Shown: positions 20,730 to 29,748 of the stretch, piece after piece | Layout: each line of letters begins with the position of its first letter | Position numbering within the stretch: position 1 is the first letter of the stretch | Assembly (NCBI GenBank): GCA_963810095.1 | Contig: CAWEMM010000002.1 | Span: forward strand, 96,001-160,000 | Reading direction: 5' to 3' | Source: an uncultured Chloroflexia bacterium | GTDB taxonomy: Bacteria; Chloroflexota; Anaerolineae; CG2-30-64-16 | Length of the DNA: 64,000 bases | Program-made: the position numbers and the translations under genes | The notes under the pieces: model-generated | Seen by the model: the letters and a program-made list of their open reading frames with translations, nothing else | Databases searched by the model: none | Told to the model about the DNA's origin: nothing

Positions 20730-22832
20730 ATGCGTACCAAGCTGTTTGGCATCGTCAGCGTGCTCGTTCTGCTGAGCATGCTCCTCGGCGCTTGTGGCGG
20801 CGGAGCTGCCCCTGCGCCCACCCAGGCCCCGGCGCCCACGGCCGCGCCCGAGGCAACTAAGGCGCCAGAGCCCACGAAAGCGCCCGAAGCGACCAAGGCC
20901 CCTGAGCCGACGAAGGCACCCGAAACCGGCGGCTTCAAGATCGGTCTGGTGACTGACGTAGGCCGCGTGAACGACCGCAGCTTCAACCAGTCGGCATGGG
21001 ACGGCGTGCAGCAGGCCGCAAAGGCGCTGGGCGTTGCCGAGACCGACATCAAGTACATCGAGACGCAGGATGCGAAGGACTACGCCGACAACATGCAGCA
21101 GTTCATCGATGCCGGCTACCCGGTCATCGTGACGGTTGGCTTCGCGCTGGGCGAGGCGACGACTGCGGCGGCGAAGGCGAACCCGAAAATCGACTTCATC
21201 GGCGTCGACCAGTTCCAGGGCGAGACGCTGCCGAACCTGACGGGCCTGGTCTTCAACGAGGACCAGTCGGGCTACCTGGCGGGCGTGCTCGCGGCGAGCC
21301 TGACGAAGAGCGGGACGATTGCGGCTGTGCTGGGCACGGACCTGGTGCCGCCGGTCGTGGCGTTCAACGAGGGGTACGTGGCCGGTGCCAAGTCGGTGAA
21401 GCCGGACATCAAGGTGATCTCGACGTACCATCCGGGTGAGATCTCGCAGGCGTTTGTCGACCCCGAGTGGGGTGCGGCGACGGCGAAGCAGGCGATCGAC
21501 CAGGGTGCGGACGTGATCTTCGGCGCCGGCGGCCAGACGGGCAACGGTGCGCTGCAGGAGACGGCGACGCACGCGGGGCTGTACTGCATCGGCGTGGACA
21601 CGGACCAGTGGGAAACGGTGCCCGCGGCGCATCCGTGCCTGGTCTCCAGTGCGATGAAACTGATCACGCCCGGCGTGGTCGGGTTGACAACTGCAGCGAA
21701 GGAAGGCAAGTTCCCGGGCGGCAACTACTTCGGCGGCGCGGGGCTGGCCCCGTTCCACGATTTCGAAGACAAGGTGCCGGCAGACGTCAAGACGCTGCTT
21801 GAAAAGACCGCCGCGGGCCTGGCTGACGGCTCGATCAAGACCGGCTACGTGCCTGGCGGCGCGCCCGCCGAGGAAGCGACGCCGGCCGTCAAGGCGCCGG
21901 AGGGCTTCAAGATCGGTCTGGTGACCGACGTGGGCCGCGTGAACGACCGCAGCTTCAACCAGTCGGCATGGGACGGCGTGCAGCAGGCCGCAAAGGCGCT
22001 GGGCGTTGCCGAGACCGACATCAAGTACATCGAGACGCAGGATGCGAAGGACTATGCCGACAACATGCAGCAGTTCATCGATGCCGGCTACCCGGTCATC
22101 GTGACGGTCGGCTTCGCACTGGGCGAGGCGACGACTGCGGCGGCGAAGGCGAACCCGAAGATCAACTTCATCGGCGTCGACCAGTTCCAGGGCGAGACGC
22201 TGCCGAACCTGACGGGCCTGGTGTTCCACGAGGACCAGTCGGGCTACCTGGCCGGCACGCTGGCCGCGAACCTGACGAAGAGCGGGACGATTGCGGCAGT
22301 GCTGGGCACGGACCTGGTGCCGCCGGTCGTGGCGTTCAACGAGGGGTACGTGGCCGGTGCCAAGGCTGTGAAGCCGGACATCAAGGTCATCTCGACGTAC
22401 CATCCGGGTGAGATTTCGCAGGCGTTTGTCGACCCCGAGTGGGGTGCGGCGACGGCGAAGCAGGCGATCGACCAGGGTGCGGACGTGATCTTCGGCGCCG
22501 GCGGCCAGACGGGCAACGGTGCGCTGCAAGAGACGGCGACGCACGCGGGGCTGTACTGCATCGGCGTGGACTCGGACCAGTGGGAAACGGTGCCCGCGGC
22601 GCATCCGTGCCTGGTCTCCAGCGCGATGAAGATGATCACGCCCGGCGTGATCGAACTCGCGAGCGCGGCTGCGGCCAGCAAGTTCCCGGGCGGCAACTAC
22701 TTCGGCGGCGCGGGGCTGGCCCCGTTCCACGATTTCGAGAGCAAGATCCCGGCCGAGCTGAAGACGACGCTGGAGAAGCTGGCGGGCGACCTGAAGAGCG
22801 GCGCGGTCAAGACCGGCTACAACCCGCAGTAA
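20730..22832 (+). CDS. BMP/PnrA-family nucleoside-binding lipoprotein with two tandem BMP domains
   Basis: Lipobox LLGAC, (E/A)(A/P)TKAP linker repeats, two copies of the DVGRVNDRSFNQ...IGVD.DQ...SAMK domain. Confidence 0.92.
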   Translation: MRTKLFGIVSVLVLLSMLLGACGGGAAPAPTQAPAPTAAPEATKAPEPTKAPEATKAPEPTKAPETGGFKIGLVTDVGRVNDRSFNQSAWDGVQQAAKALGVAETDIKYIETQDAKDYADNMQQFIDAGYPVIVTVGFALGEATTAAAKANPKIDFIGVDQFQGETLPNLTGLVFNEDQSGYLAGVLAASLTKSGTIAAVLGTDLVPPVVAFNEGYVAGAKSVKPDIKVISTYHPGEISQAFVDPEWGAATAKQAIDQGADVIFGAGGQTGNGALQETATHAGLYCIGVDTDQWETVPAAHPCLVSSAMKLITPGVVGLTTAAKEGKFPGGNYFGGAGLAPFHDFEDKVPADVKTLLEKTAAGLADGSIKTGYVPGGAPAEEATPAVKAPEGFKIGLVTDVGRVNDRSFNQSAWDGVQQAAKALGVAETDIKYIETQDAKDYADNMQQFIDAGYPVIVTVGFALGEATTAAAKANPKINFIGVDQFQGETLPNLTGLVFHEDQSGYLAGTLAANLTKSGTIAAVLGTDLVPPVVAFNEGYVAGAKAVKPDIKVISTYHPGEISQAFVDPEWGAATAKQAIDQGADVIFGAGGQTGNGALQETATHAGLYCIGVDSDQWETVPAAHPCLVSSAMKMITPGVIELASAAAASKFPGGNYFGGAGLAPFHDFESKIPAELKTTLEKLAGDLKSGAVKTGYNPQ
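20931..22820 (+). repeat. intragenic direct repeat, 2 x ~918 bp, period 972 bp
   Basis: 20931-21848 versus 21903-22820; near-identical over the first ~750 bp. Confidence 0.95.
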
Positions 22833-22849
22833 CAACCATCCGAAATGAG

Positions 22850-23060
22850 CCGGCAGTGCAGACTGAGGGCGCAGGCCGCAGTCTGCACTGCCGGCAAGGT
22901 GTGCGCCGACGCGACCGGCGCCGAGCGTAAGTGAGCGCGGGGAGTCGGCTGCAATGCCAGTCGGACCCCGGTTGGCTGGGCGCCCTCCGTGCCTGGCCTG
23001 ACCCCCCGCATCGATAGCAGTTGCTTCGGGTGACTGCCACCACGACGGTGGCAGTCACCG
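22850..23060 (+). other. stem-loops between the SBP and permease genes
   Basis: ccggcagtgcagactg...cagtctgcactgccgg and ggtgactgccacc-acgac-ggtggcagtcacc; typical position for mRNA-stabilising hairpins. Confidence 0.6.
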
Positions 23061-23111
23061 TGACTTAATGTCGGGCGGTTGCCCGATCTACTATCGCCCC
23101 AAGGTGGATGA

Positions 23112-24236
23112 ATGAAAGCGACTCAAGTCCTCCGCCGCGCGCTCCAGCCTCTGCTGATACCGTTTCTTGCCCTGGTGACGGCTTTGGCGGTGGGCGCCAT
23201 CGTGATGTGGATCTTTGGCGACCCGCCCCTCAAGGCATATCAGGGCTTGTTCAACGGCGCGTTCGGTAGTCCGGCAGCAATTGCTCGGACGATCCGGAAA
23301 ATCTCGCCGTTCCTGTTGACTGGGCTCTCGGTCGCCGTGGCCTTTAAGGCCGGTCTTTTCAACATCGGCGCCTCGGGGCAGTTCGTCATGGGGACGGTCG
23401 CATCCGTCGCCGTCGGTATCAATTTCAAAGGGTTGCCCGCACCCATTCATCTGCCCCTGGCGCTGCTGGCCGGCATCGCGGCCGGCGCTTTTTGGGGCGC
23501 AATCCCCGGTATGCTGAAAGTATTCACGGGCGCCCATGAAGTCATTGTCACCATCATGCTGAATTATGTCGCAGCGAACTTCGCGGGCTGGCTCGTCTAC
23601 GCGGGCGGCAGCCAGGGGCAAACACCCGGCCCGCTGTGGGATCGCACGGCCCGCGCCATTTCAGAGACCCCCGACGTCCTCGCGAGCGCCCAGATCCCAT
23701 GGATCGTCGGCCCGCCGTTCCGCATACACTACGGCATCGTATTGGCGCTCCTGTCGGCCCTGCTGATCTGGTGGATTATCTATAAGACAGTGATCGGGTT
23801 CGAGATTCGCACCGTCGGCCAGAACATGAAGGCGGCCCAGTACGCCGGTATGCGCGTCAAGTGGTCCATCGTCCTGGCGATGAGCATTGCGGGCGCGCTC
23901 GCCGGGCTGGCCGGCGCGATCGAGACGCTGGGCCTAAATCACAAGTTTGCACCCGAGTTTGGCGGCGCAGTCGGCTTCGACGGGATCACGGTTGCGCTGC
24001 TCGGCCAGACGCACCCCTTAGGGGTCGTGCTCGCCTCAGTCCTTTTCGCGGCGCTGGACTCGGGCGCCGCACAGATGCAGTTCAACTCAGGCGTCGCGGC
24101 CGACATTATCCAGATCATCCAGGCGGTGATCCTGGCATTCGTCGCTGCGCCGACCATCATTCGTGAGCTGTACCATCTGCCTTCCAAGAGCAAAGAAGCC
24201 GAAGGGGCACCGAAGATCAGTTGGGGGGCCCAATGA
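23112..24236 (+). CDS. nucleoside-type ABC permease (NupB-like)
   Basis: AFKAGLFNIG..GQ, GAHEVIVTIMLNY, GFEIRTVGQN..AAQYAG, GFDGITVALLG. Confidence 0.92.
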   Translation: MKATQVLRRALQPLLIPFLALVTALAVGAIVMWIFGDPPLKAYQGLFNGAFGSPAAIARTIRKISPFLLTGLSVAVAFKAGLFNIGASGQFVMGTVASVAVGINFKGLPAPIHLPLALLAGIAAGAFWGAIPGMLKVFTGAHEVIVTIMLNYVAANFAGWLVYAGGSQGQTPGPLWDRTARAISETPDVLASAQIPWIVGPPFRIHYGIVLALLSALLIWWIIYKTVIGFEIRTVGQNMKAAQYAGMRVKWSIVLAMSIAGALAGLAGAIETLGLNHKFAPEFGGAVGFDGITVALLGQTHPLGVVLASVLFAALDSGAAQMQFNSGVAADIIQIIQAVILAFVAAPTIIRELYHLPSKSKEAEGAPKISWGAQ

Positions 24237-25279
24237 ACGCCAAGTCAATGAACCTCAAGAACATTGGCAAACTCGCCTTGCTGCTGCTCGTGCTGACGCT
24301 CATCATCCTGGTCAACACGACGGCGTTGCGGCAGGTCACCTGGCTGCGGATCCTCTTCGGGATCAGCGCGCTCAACTTTACCCTGCGCGCCACGATCCCG
24401 CTCGTGCTCGGTGCACTGAGCGGCATCCTGTGCGAGCGCACGGGCATCATCAACATCGGTATCGAGGGAATGATGCTGGCAGGGGCGTTCGCGGCTTTTG
24501 TGGCGAAGGTCGCGACGAACAGTTGGCCCTTGCTGGCCAGCCTCCTGTTTGGCATCTTCGTCGCGCTCGTGGTGGGCGCCTTGATGGGGCTGCTGCACGG
24601 CACCTTGTCGATCCGTTACCGGATGGACCAGATCATCTCGGGCACCGTGATCATCATCCTGGCCACCGGCATCACGGCCTACTTGTTTGATCGCAACGCC
24701 ATCGCTGCCGGGAAGTTCTCGCCGATCAGCATCCCGTTGCTGTCGAAGATCCCCGTCATTGGCGACGTTCTCTTCAGCAACCCGCCCATCACGTACGCTG
24801 CGTTGATCCTGGTCTTCGTGCTGCAGATCGCCCTGTTCCGCACCCGCTGGGGGCTGCGGACGCGGGCTTGCGGCGAACATCCCCGGGCGGCCGATACGGT
24901 GGGTATCAAGGTGAACCGGTATCGCTACGTCAATACGATGCTGGGAGGCGCGGTGGCCGCGCTGGGCGGCGCCTACCTTGTGCTGGAAGCAGTTGGGCAG
25001 TTCCAGGAGGGCATGACCGCAGGCCGCGGCTTCATTTCCCTGGCGGCCATGATCTTCGGCAACTGGAATCCCATCGGCGCACTGGCGGCGGCAAGTCTGT
25101 TTGGCTACACCCAGGCGCTCCAGAATGAGCTGCTTCTGGCCGGATTCACCAACATTCCCCGCCAGTTTGTTGCCATGTTGCCTTACCTGGTCACGATCGT
25201 TGCGGTCGCCGGCTTCGTCGGCCGCGTGCGGGCGCCCGCCGCAGAAGGCAAGGTCTACCAGACGGAGGGTGGCGAATGA
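24233..25279 (+). CDS. nucleoside-type ABC permease (NupC-like)
   Basis: ERTGIINIGIEGMML, GLRTRACGEHP.AADTVGI, GRGFISLAAMIFGNWNP. Confidence 0.92.
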   Translation: MNAKSMNLKNIGKLALLLLVLTLIILVNTTALRQVTWLRILFGISALNFTLRATIPLVLGALSGILCERTGIINIGIEGMMLAGAFAAFVAKVATNSWPLLASLLFGIFVALVVGALMGLLHGTLSIRYRMDQIISGTVIIILATGITAYLFDRNAIAAGKFSPISIPLLSKIPVIGDVLFSNPPITYAALILVFVLQIALFRTRWGLRTRACGEHPRAADTVGIKVNRYRYVNTMLGGAVAALGGAYLVLEAVGQFQEGMTAGRGFISLAAMIFGNWNPIGALAAASLFGYTQALQNELLLAGFTNIPRQFVAMLPYLVTIVAVAGFVGRVRAPAAEGKVYQTEGGE

Positions 25280-26853
25280 GCGACCAGCGCGTTCCCGTTC
25301 TTGAGGCTCGCGGCATCACGAAGAAGTTTCCCGGCGTCACTGCGAACCAGGACGTCAACCTCAAGCTGTTCGCGGGCGAAATCCTGGCGCTGCTCGGCGA
25401 GAACGGCGCCGGCAAGTCCACCCTGATGAATATCATCTACGGCTTGTATCGCCCGACCGAAGGGGAGATCCTCGTGAACGGGCAGGTCGTACGGATGAAC
25501 ACGCCCCGCGATGCGATTGCGCTCGGCATCGGGATGGTGCACCAGCACTTCCAGCTCGTGCCGGTCATGACCGTCGCAGAGAATATCATGCTGGGGAGCG
25601 AGAGCGTTCGCAACGGCCTTCTCGACGTGAAGAAGGTCGCCGAGGAGGTGACGCAGCTGTCGCAGAAGTATCAGCTGGACGTCGATCCGTACGCGATCAT
25701 CGAGGATCTGCCCGTGGGCATGCGGCAGCGGGTCGAGATCATCAAGACGCTGTACCGGAATGCCAACATCCTGATCCTCGACGAGCCAACCGCTGTGTTG
25801 ACGCCGCAGGAGATCGAGGGCTTGTTCCAGGTGATGGAGCTCCTGCGCCAGCAGGGAAAATCGATTATCTTCATCACCCATAAGCTCAAAGAAGTGCTGC
25901 GGATCGCCGACCGGATCAACGTCCTCCGAGGTGGCCGGGTGGTCGGTGAGGCCGATCCCAAGGCGTCGACCCAGGGCCTGCTGGCGTCCATGATGGTCGG
26001 TCGCGAGGTCATCTTGACGGTGGAGAAGGACGAAGCGAAGCCCGCCGGGTGCGTCCTGCAGGTCGAACACTTATCCACCCGTAACGATCTGGGTGGGCCT
26101 GCGCTGAGCGACATATCCTTCGAGGTGTATGCGGGCGAGATCGTTGGCGTCGCGGGTGTGCAGGGCAACGGGCAGACGGAACTCGTCGAGGTGCTGACCG
26201 GGCTGCGAAAAGCCGATCGGGGCCACGTCCGGCTCAACGACACGGACATGACCAACGCTGGCCCGCGCCGCATCACGCAGGAAGGCATGAGCTGCCACAT
26301 CCCGGAAGACCGGCATGCGCACGGGATGGTCGTCTCCTACTCCGTGGCCGACAACCTGGTCCTCAACACGTACAACTTGAAGCCGTTTGCACGCGGCGTC
26401 AATATTAACCAGCCGGCAATCGTCGAGCACGCGAAGGAACTGATCAAGCGGTTTGACGTGCGCACGCCGAGCCCGCAGACGCATGCGGGCAGCCTGTCGG
26501 GCGGCAACCAGCAGAAGATGGTGGTGGCGCGCGAGTTGAGCCGGCCGATCAAGCTGCTCATCGCGTCACAGCCGACCCGCGGCATCGACGTCGGCTCGAT
26601 CGAGTTCATCCATAACCAAATCGTCCGCAAGCGGGACGACGGCGTCGCCGTGCTTCTGGTCAGCTCCGAACTGGACGAGATCATGGCACTTTCCGACCGC
26701 ATCGTCGTCATGTACAAGGGCGAGATCATCGGCACGGTGCCGCGTGCCCAGGCGACCCGCGAAGGGTTGGGCCTCCTGATGGCAGGCGTTCACCCGGAGC
26801 CGGGCAGCGCGGCGGCGAGCGCACCGGCGAGCGCACCGGCGAGCGCCGATTGA
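25276..26853 (+). CDS. dual-domain CUT2 ABC ATPase (NupA-like)
   Basis: GENGAGKST, DEPTAVLTPQE, LSGGNQQK, QPTRGIDVG. Confidence 0.93.
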   Translation: MSDQRVPVLEARGITKKFPGVTANQDVNLKLFAGEILALLGENGAGKSTLMNIIYGLYRPTEGEILVNGQVVRMNTPRDAIALGIGMVHQHFQLVPVMTVAENIMLGSESVRNGLLDVKKVAEEVTQLSQKYQLDVDPYAIIEDLPVGMRQRVEIIKTLYRNANILILDEPTAVLTPQEIEGLFQVMELLRQQGKSIIFITHKLKEVLRIADRINVLRGGRVVGEADPKASTQGLLASMMVGREVILTVEKDEAKPAGCVLQVEHLSTRNDLGGPALSDISFEVYAGEIVGVAGVQGNGQTELVEVLTGLRKADRGHVRLNDTDMTNAGPRRITQEGMSCHIPEDRHAHGMVVSYSVADNLVLNTYNLKPFARGVNINQPAIVEHAKELIKRFDVRTPSPQTHAGSLSGGNQQKMVVARELSRPIKLLIASQPTRGIDVGSIEFIHNQIVRKRDDGVAVLLVSSELDEIMALSDRIVVMYKGEIIGTVPRAQATREGLGLLMAGVHPEPGSAAASAPASAPASAD

Positions 26854-26872
26854 TACAAGACGAATCTAACTT

Positions 26873-26969
26873 GCCACAGAGGGCACCGAGGTCGCAGAGG
26901 GCTTCGAGCGGGAGGTAGGCGCCACCCGCTTTCAGAGAGAACCTCTGGGGCCTCGGTGTCCTTTGCGGC
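26873..26969. repeat. dispersed 9-nt-periodic hairpin element
   Basis: gccacagagggcaccgaggtcgcagagg...cctctggggcctcggtgtcctttgcggc. Confidence 0.65.
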
Positions 26970-26983
26970 TAGAGGGAAACTGA

Positions 26984-27745
26984 ATGCGTACGGAACGAGC
27001 CAGCTTCGCGGGTGGACAGGGGACGCAGTTGGGCGGCCGGCTGGATCTCCCGGACGACGGTGAGCCGCGGGCCTTCGCCGTCTTCGCACACTGCTTTGGC
27101 TGCACGAAAAACCTCAAGACGATCGGGAACGTGGACCGGGTGCTGACCGAAGCGGGCATCGGGGTGCTGCGTTTCGACTTTACAGGGTTAGGCGACAGCG
27201 AAGGCGACTTTTCAGACACCAACTTCACGTCGAACGTAGAAGACGTTGCCGCGGCCGCCGCGTTTCTTGCCGAAAATCACCAGGCCCCGAGCCTGCTGAT
27301 CGGACATTCGCTGGGGGGCGCGGCCGTCATGCTGGCGGCGCACACAATCCCCTCAGCCCGGGCCGTCGTCACCATTGCCGCGCCTGCCGACCTGAGCCAC
27401 CTCGGCGACACCATCGTCAGCCAGGCACCCGAAATCGAGCAGACCGGCGAAGCCGAAGTGATGCTGATTGGCCGCCGCTTCCACATCAAGAAGCAGTTCC
27501 TCGAGGACCTGGAACAGGGCAGCATGGAGCAGATCGTGGGCGGCCTGCGGCTCCCCTTGCTCATCCTTCACGCGCCGGAAGATGACGTCGTCTCCATCAA
27601 AAGCGCCGAGCGGCTCTATGCGATGGCGCGCCAGCCGAAAAGCCTTGTGGCCCTCGACCGCGCCGACCACCTCCTGCTCGAACGCGACGACGCGGAATAC
27701 GCGGGCCGCATCATCGTCGGCTGGTTTGGGAGGTATCTCCCCTAA
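26984..27745 (+). CDS. alpha/beta hydrolase (type usually fused to OsmC)
   Basis: FAHCFGC, RFDFTGLGDSEG, GHSLGG, D and H of the catalytic triad (PEDD, ADHLL). Confidence 0.85.
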   Translation: MRTERASFAGGQGTQLGGRLDLPDDGEPRAFAVFAHCFGCTKNLKTIGNVDRVLTEAGIGVLRFDFTGLGDSEGDFSDTNFTSNVEDVAAAAAFLAENHQAPSLLIGHSLGGAAVMLAAHTIPSARAVVTIAAPADLSHLGDTIVSQAPEIEQTGEAEVMLIGRRFHIKKQFLEDLEQGSMEQIVGGLRLPLLILHAPEDDVVSIKSAERLYAMARQPKSLVALDRADHLLLERDDAEYAGRIIVGWFGRYLP

Positions 27746-28303
27746 ATGGCGTTCGTTGAGATCATGTTCATCGCCGTCGGCTTGGCGATGGATGCGTTCG
27801 CAGTCTGCCTCGGCGCGGGGACGACCCGTTTCATCGACGGCCCGCGCCCGGTCTTCCGCCTGTCATTCCATTTCGGGTTGTTCCAGGCGCTCATGCCCGT
27901 CCTCGGCTGGCTCGCCGGCGCTTTCGTCGCTCAGTACATATCCGCCTGGGACCACTGGATCGCATTCGGGCTACTCGCGTTCGTCGGCGTCCGGATGGTG
28001 CGCTCGGGGCTCGACACGAGCGGCGAGTGCCACGAAACGGACCCATCCCGCGGCAGCACGCTGATCATGCTGGCCGTGGCGACAAGCATCGACGCGTTTG
28101 CCGTCGGCCTCACGCTGGCCATGCTCGAGGTGAACATCCTCTATCCGGCCATCGTGATCGGCGTGGTGTGCGCCGCGCTTTCCGTGTTGGGACTGGCGCT
28201 CGGTCACCGGCTGGGGTGCGCGTTCGGCAAGCGGATGGAGGTCGTCGGCGGCTTGATCCTGGTCCTGATCGGCTTAAGGGTGGTGATCTCACACATCATG
28301 TAG
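27746..28303 (+). CDS. mntP: manganese efflux pump MntP family
   Basis: LAMDAFAV, FGLFQALMP..GW, DHWIAF, ATSIDAFAVG. Confidence 0.9.
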   Translation: MAFVEIMFIAVGLAMDAFAVCLGAGTTRFIDGPRPVFRLSFHFGLFQALMPVLGWLAGAFVAQYISAWDHWIAFGLLAFVGVRMVRSGLDTSGECHETDPSRGSTLIMLAVATSIDAFAVGLTLAMLEVNILYPAIVIGVVCAALSVLGLALGHRLGCAFGKRMEVVGGLILVLIGLRVVISHIM

Positions 28304-28311
28304 GCCGGGTA

Positions 28312-28619
28312 TGGTACAATGTTGTGCTGATACCCCTCGTAGACTAAACGAGTCGCAGCGTGAGAATGTCCGCTCTGGCCGGTCTCGTACGCCAGCCAAG
28401 CTGGCGTACGAGACCGGCCAGAGCAATTTCACCTGGCGCTTGGTTTAGGAATCGATTCGAGACCGGCCCCGGCTAGTTCTCGGATCGATACTAATCGCAA
28501 AGCGGGGTTGGGCATGGAGGGCGAGCTATAGCTCGCCCCTGTTTACGTGTGCAACCCCTCAGGGGTCGTGCACGCCTGGTGACACTGATAACGATGCCCA
28601 CTTTCCTGGAGTCACAAGT
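28312..28619 (+). promoter_or_regulatory. extended -10 promoter plus a highly structured ~290-nt leader
   Basis: TGGTACAAT at 28312; perfect 25-bp hairpin at 28372-28424; further hairpins enclosed by tgggcat/atgccca. Confidence 0.5.
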
Positions 28620-29651
28620 ATGGTAAGCCGTTTCTCACGTCTGGTCTCGTTCGGCCTGGTGGCGGCGATCTTGATCCTCGCTCTGGCAGCCTGCGCGCCC
28701 GTGCCCGCACCCCCGTCCGGCGGCGCTGCCGGACCGACGACGGCTGGCGCAGTCCCGACTGTTCCTGCGGCCTCGGGCGACGCCACGCTGAAGCTGGCGT
28801 TGATCCCCGTGCTCGACACCATTCCGATTTACATTGCCCTGCAAAACGGCTATTTCAAGGACCAGGGCATCCAGGTGGAGACCGTGCCCGTGAAGAGTCC
28901 GCAGGAGCGGGACGTTCTGCTCCAGACCGGGCAGGTGGACGGGGTGCTGACCGATCTGCAGGGGGTGGGGCTGTTGAATAAGGACGCAGCCAAGGTCAAG
29001 GCCGTCTATACGTCCCGCCGGCCGTTCCCCGATGCGCCGCTCTTCCGCATTCTGGCGAGCCCGAAGTCGAATATCACGAAGCCGGCCGACTTGAAGGGCG
29101 TGCCGATTGGCATCAGCAAGAACACGATCATCGAGTACCTCACGGATCGCATCCTGACGGCGGAGGGCTTGGCCGCGGGCGACATCAATAAGCTCGACGC
29201 AGGCGCGATAACCACGCGCTACGAGCAGTTGATGAACGGCAACCTGCAAGCCGCGGTCCTGCCCGACCCGCTAGCCCAGGGCGCGATTGCCGGCGGCGCA
29301 AAACTCGTCGCCGACGACACGAAGTACCAGGAGCTCTCCCAGTCCGTCCTCGTCTTTCAGGACGCGACGCTGAAGGCCCAGCCGGAGACCGTCACCAAGT
29401 TCCTGGCCGCATGGGAGCGGGCCGTCAAGGAAGTGAACGCCAATCCCGAGAAGTACCGGGCCGTCCTGATGGAGCAGGGCCGCGTACCGAAGGCGATCCA
29501 GGATTCCTACAAGATGCCACCTTTCCCCGAGCGGGGCGTGCCGAGCGAAAAAGAGGTCGCCGACGTCACTGCCTGGCTGAAAGAAAAAGGGCTGGTCAGC
29601 CGGGAGATCCCTTACACCGACATGGTGGACGCGTCATTCCTGCCGAAATAG
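28620..29651 (+). CDS. SsuA/NMT1(THI5)-like ABC substrate-binding lipoprotein
   Basis: Lipobox ALAAC, PIYIA...GYFKDQGIQVE, DLKG.PIG, LPDP. Confidence 0.85.
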   Translation: MVSRFSRLVSFGLVAAILILALAACAPVPAPPSGGAAGPTTAGAVPTVPAASGDATLKLALIPVLDTIPIYIALQNGYFKDQGIQVETVPVKSPQERDVLLQTGQVDGVLTDLQGVGLLNKDAAKVKAVYTSRRPFPDAPLFRILASPKSNITKPADLKGVPIGISKNTIIEYLTDRILTAEGLAAGDINKLDAGAITTRYEQLMNGNLQAAVLPDPLAQGAIAGGAKLVADDTKYQELSQSVLVFQDATLKAQPETVTKFLAAWERAVKEVNANPEKYRAVLMEQGRVPKAIQDSYKMPPFPERGVPSEKEVADVTAWLKEKGLVSREIPYTDMVDASFLPK

Positions 29652-29688
29652 CGCGGTGATCCATCTGCCGGCGGGATTGTTCCCGTGC

Positions 29689-29727
29689 TTAAGGAACCAG
29701 GTTTCGCCGCGAAACCTGGTTCCTTAA
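29689..29727. repeat. REP-like palindrome
   Basis: ttaaggaaccaggtttcgc-c-gcgaaacctggttccttaa. Confidence 0.75.
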
Positions 29728-29748
29728 CACCGAGAGTTGTTTTCCGTG

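Noticed and set aside
27700-27750. yybP-ykoY Mn riboswitch before mntP
   Set aside because: mntP starts immediately after the hydrolase stop, leaving no leader.
28495-28515. gcaaagcggggtt resembling c-di-GMP-I riboswitch fragments
   Set aside because: The GGCAAACC..GAAA..GGGAC stem and the correct spacing are absent.
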